In this document: positions 62,492 through 64,000 of the stretch, piece after piece
How the letters are laid out: every line of letters starts with the position of its first letter
Position numbering within the stretch: the first letter of the stretch is position 1
Assembly (NCBI GenBank): GCA_964199315.1
Contig: OZ116702.1
Span: forward strand, 10,850,001-10,914,000
Direction: 5' to 3'
From: Orbicella franksi
Lineage: Eukaryota
DNA length: 64,000 bases
The notes under the pieces: model-generated
Told to the model about the DNA's origin: nothing
Databases searched by the model: none
What the model saw: the letters and a program-made list of their open reading frames with translations, nothing else
Translations under genes and position numbers: made by a program

Positions 62492-64000
62492 GTAAGCTTA
62501 ACTAAAAGTATTCTGCAACTTTCGTTTCTCGTTACAGCTGGAACCACAAGTAGCTTGCAAGGGAGGCTCATTTGGGAGAATCTTTTTAAATGACGCCTGC
62601 AAGCAGCTCAAAGGCTACATGTTCACATGTACTTCAAATGGAAATATAGGAAGCTTGTACAGCTAGCTCCAGTTCACTACCGAGAAAACATTTACTTTTC
62701 TCTCCCCTCACAGGAAACACCCTCATTTGTCCATCTTGAGGTCTCATAACATCTACATTATGGTTTAACACTGAAGCAGTTTTGCCCAAAAAATTCATTG
62801 AGTGGGCAACATAATTTGCAATGTAGAATCTTTGACCTCAATTGTGCAACAGTATAATGTAAGCCATGAATTGACTGAGGATCACCGTTTCACTTTGAAT
62901 TTTGTCGTTATGATATTATGCATCAGTTAATTCCAGTAGTGTGCATCCCTCTTCCCCTCTCACCTCAGTGCAACTAATCCTGGGACTGGGGCATTCAAAA
63001 TTTTATTATTGCCTGGTGGCTGGACATTTGTATAGCCCTAGTAAAACCCAGGAACATTTGGCACCCTTGTGCAATTGGTCTTCCATGTGGCCAAGAATAA
63101 ATACTTTGAATACTGTCTTTGTGTCTTGAAAAATTGCTATCGATTGCAGATTAGTTCTCAGTATTCTAATAAAGCTATAGGCCATATTCATATTCCCGGT
63201 ACTGGACTGCAATGAGCTTGCAATCAAGGCTCGTGGGGGAAAATCATTAAAAAGCGATAAATGTCATTTGCATTTGAAAAGGCTCCCTGCATTAGCCTCA
63301 GTTGCAAGCTAGTTCCAGTCCAATACCGAGAATACAAATCTTGTCCATAGACCACTCTTTCTATGGGCTTACTGGCACAATAAACGCATGCAGGATGTTG
63401 GAACTGAATGCAAGAAAAGCTTGATAAAAATGATTTGCATAAGAATGTGTTTATTTATCCATTGAAACGTCAGCTTCACAAACTCACAATGACAGTTGAT
63501 TTCAGGTTGATAAAAAGCTAAGTGCAAGACCAGAACATAGCTTTGATTCATGGCATCCCTATACTGCAATCTAGCTACTTTGTACTTCCCCATCTTAAGA
63601 TTGCAGTCTGCATTGTGGCATTAATCTTACTCAGATTTTAATTATCATTAAATGAATAAATCCTCATTAAGTTGTAAAGTGCATGTACATGTAACAGATG
63701 TTTAAGTCCTCCTGCTTTAGCAAATATTGAGTATCCTTGTTCATTTTTATCATTTTATCCAATTTATGTAATTAACTGCTAAGTTGTAGACCCTTTAATG
63801 GTGTAGCAGGAAATTAGAATTGTTAATTAATTCAAATTTGACAAAAACTGAAATGTTCTTTTTGAAAGGTGCTGTGTGGAGTCTTTGGGGATGTATGAAT
63901 CCTTTATGCATTTTCCTAAGGAAGTGCATAGTGTGTGCCCTAAAACAAGTCCAAAAGTTTCAAAAGCAACCTGTTAGATAGCTGATTGCAGTGTTGAAAT

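Noticed and set aside
1-64000. CRISPR arrays, rRNA, prophage or bacterial operons
   Set aside because: No repeat-spacer arrays or rRNA-like sequence. The genes have spliceosomal introns, and the recombinases belong to retrotransposons.

Overview
AT-rich eukaryotic DNA with GT-AG introns, dense in transposable elements. The repeat families look like those of a stony coral or other cnidarian (inference). From left to right: the 5' part of a CR1/L2 LINE (PHD + APE); a decayed hAT (ZNF862-like) transposase; and a putative ~9 kb Sola3-like DNA transposon. That transposon holds two convergent spliced genes: a stand-alone RecQ-C-terminal-type HTH (HTH_40-like) gene, and a DDD transposase whose last exon continues in one frame into a homeodomain-like motif, a 34-aa repeat linker and a herpes-tegument-like (C76/VTD-type) deubiquitinase domain. 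Next come two different tyrosine-recombinase (DIRS-order) retrotransposons, and EnSpm/CACTA and Harbinger remnants. A ~2 kb inverted duplication carries two open-frame exons of an MRH/M6PR-like gene whose phase-compatible first exon lies at the right end of the window. The right part also has a Penelope element with inverted arms, a 13-bp TSD and hammerhead-like cores, a two-exon secreted precursor of a 14-Cys PLA2-like peptide, and many SINEs and MITEs. All translations and alignments were done by eye. Family names come from motif recognition, not database searches.
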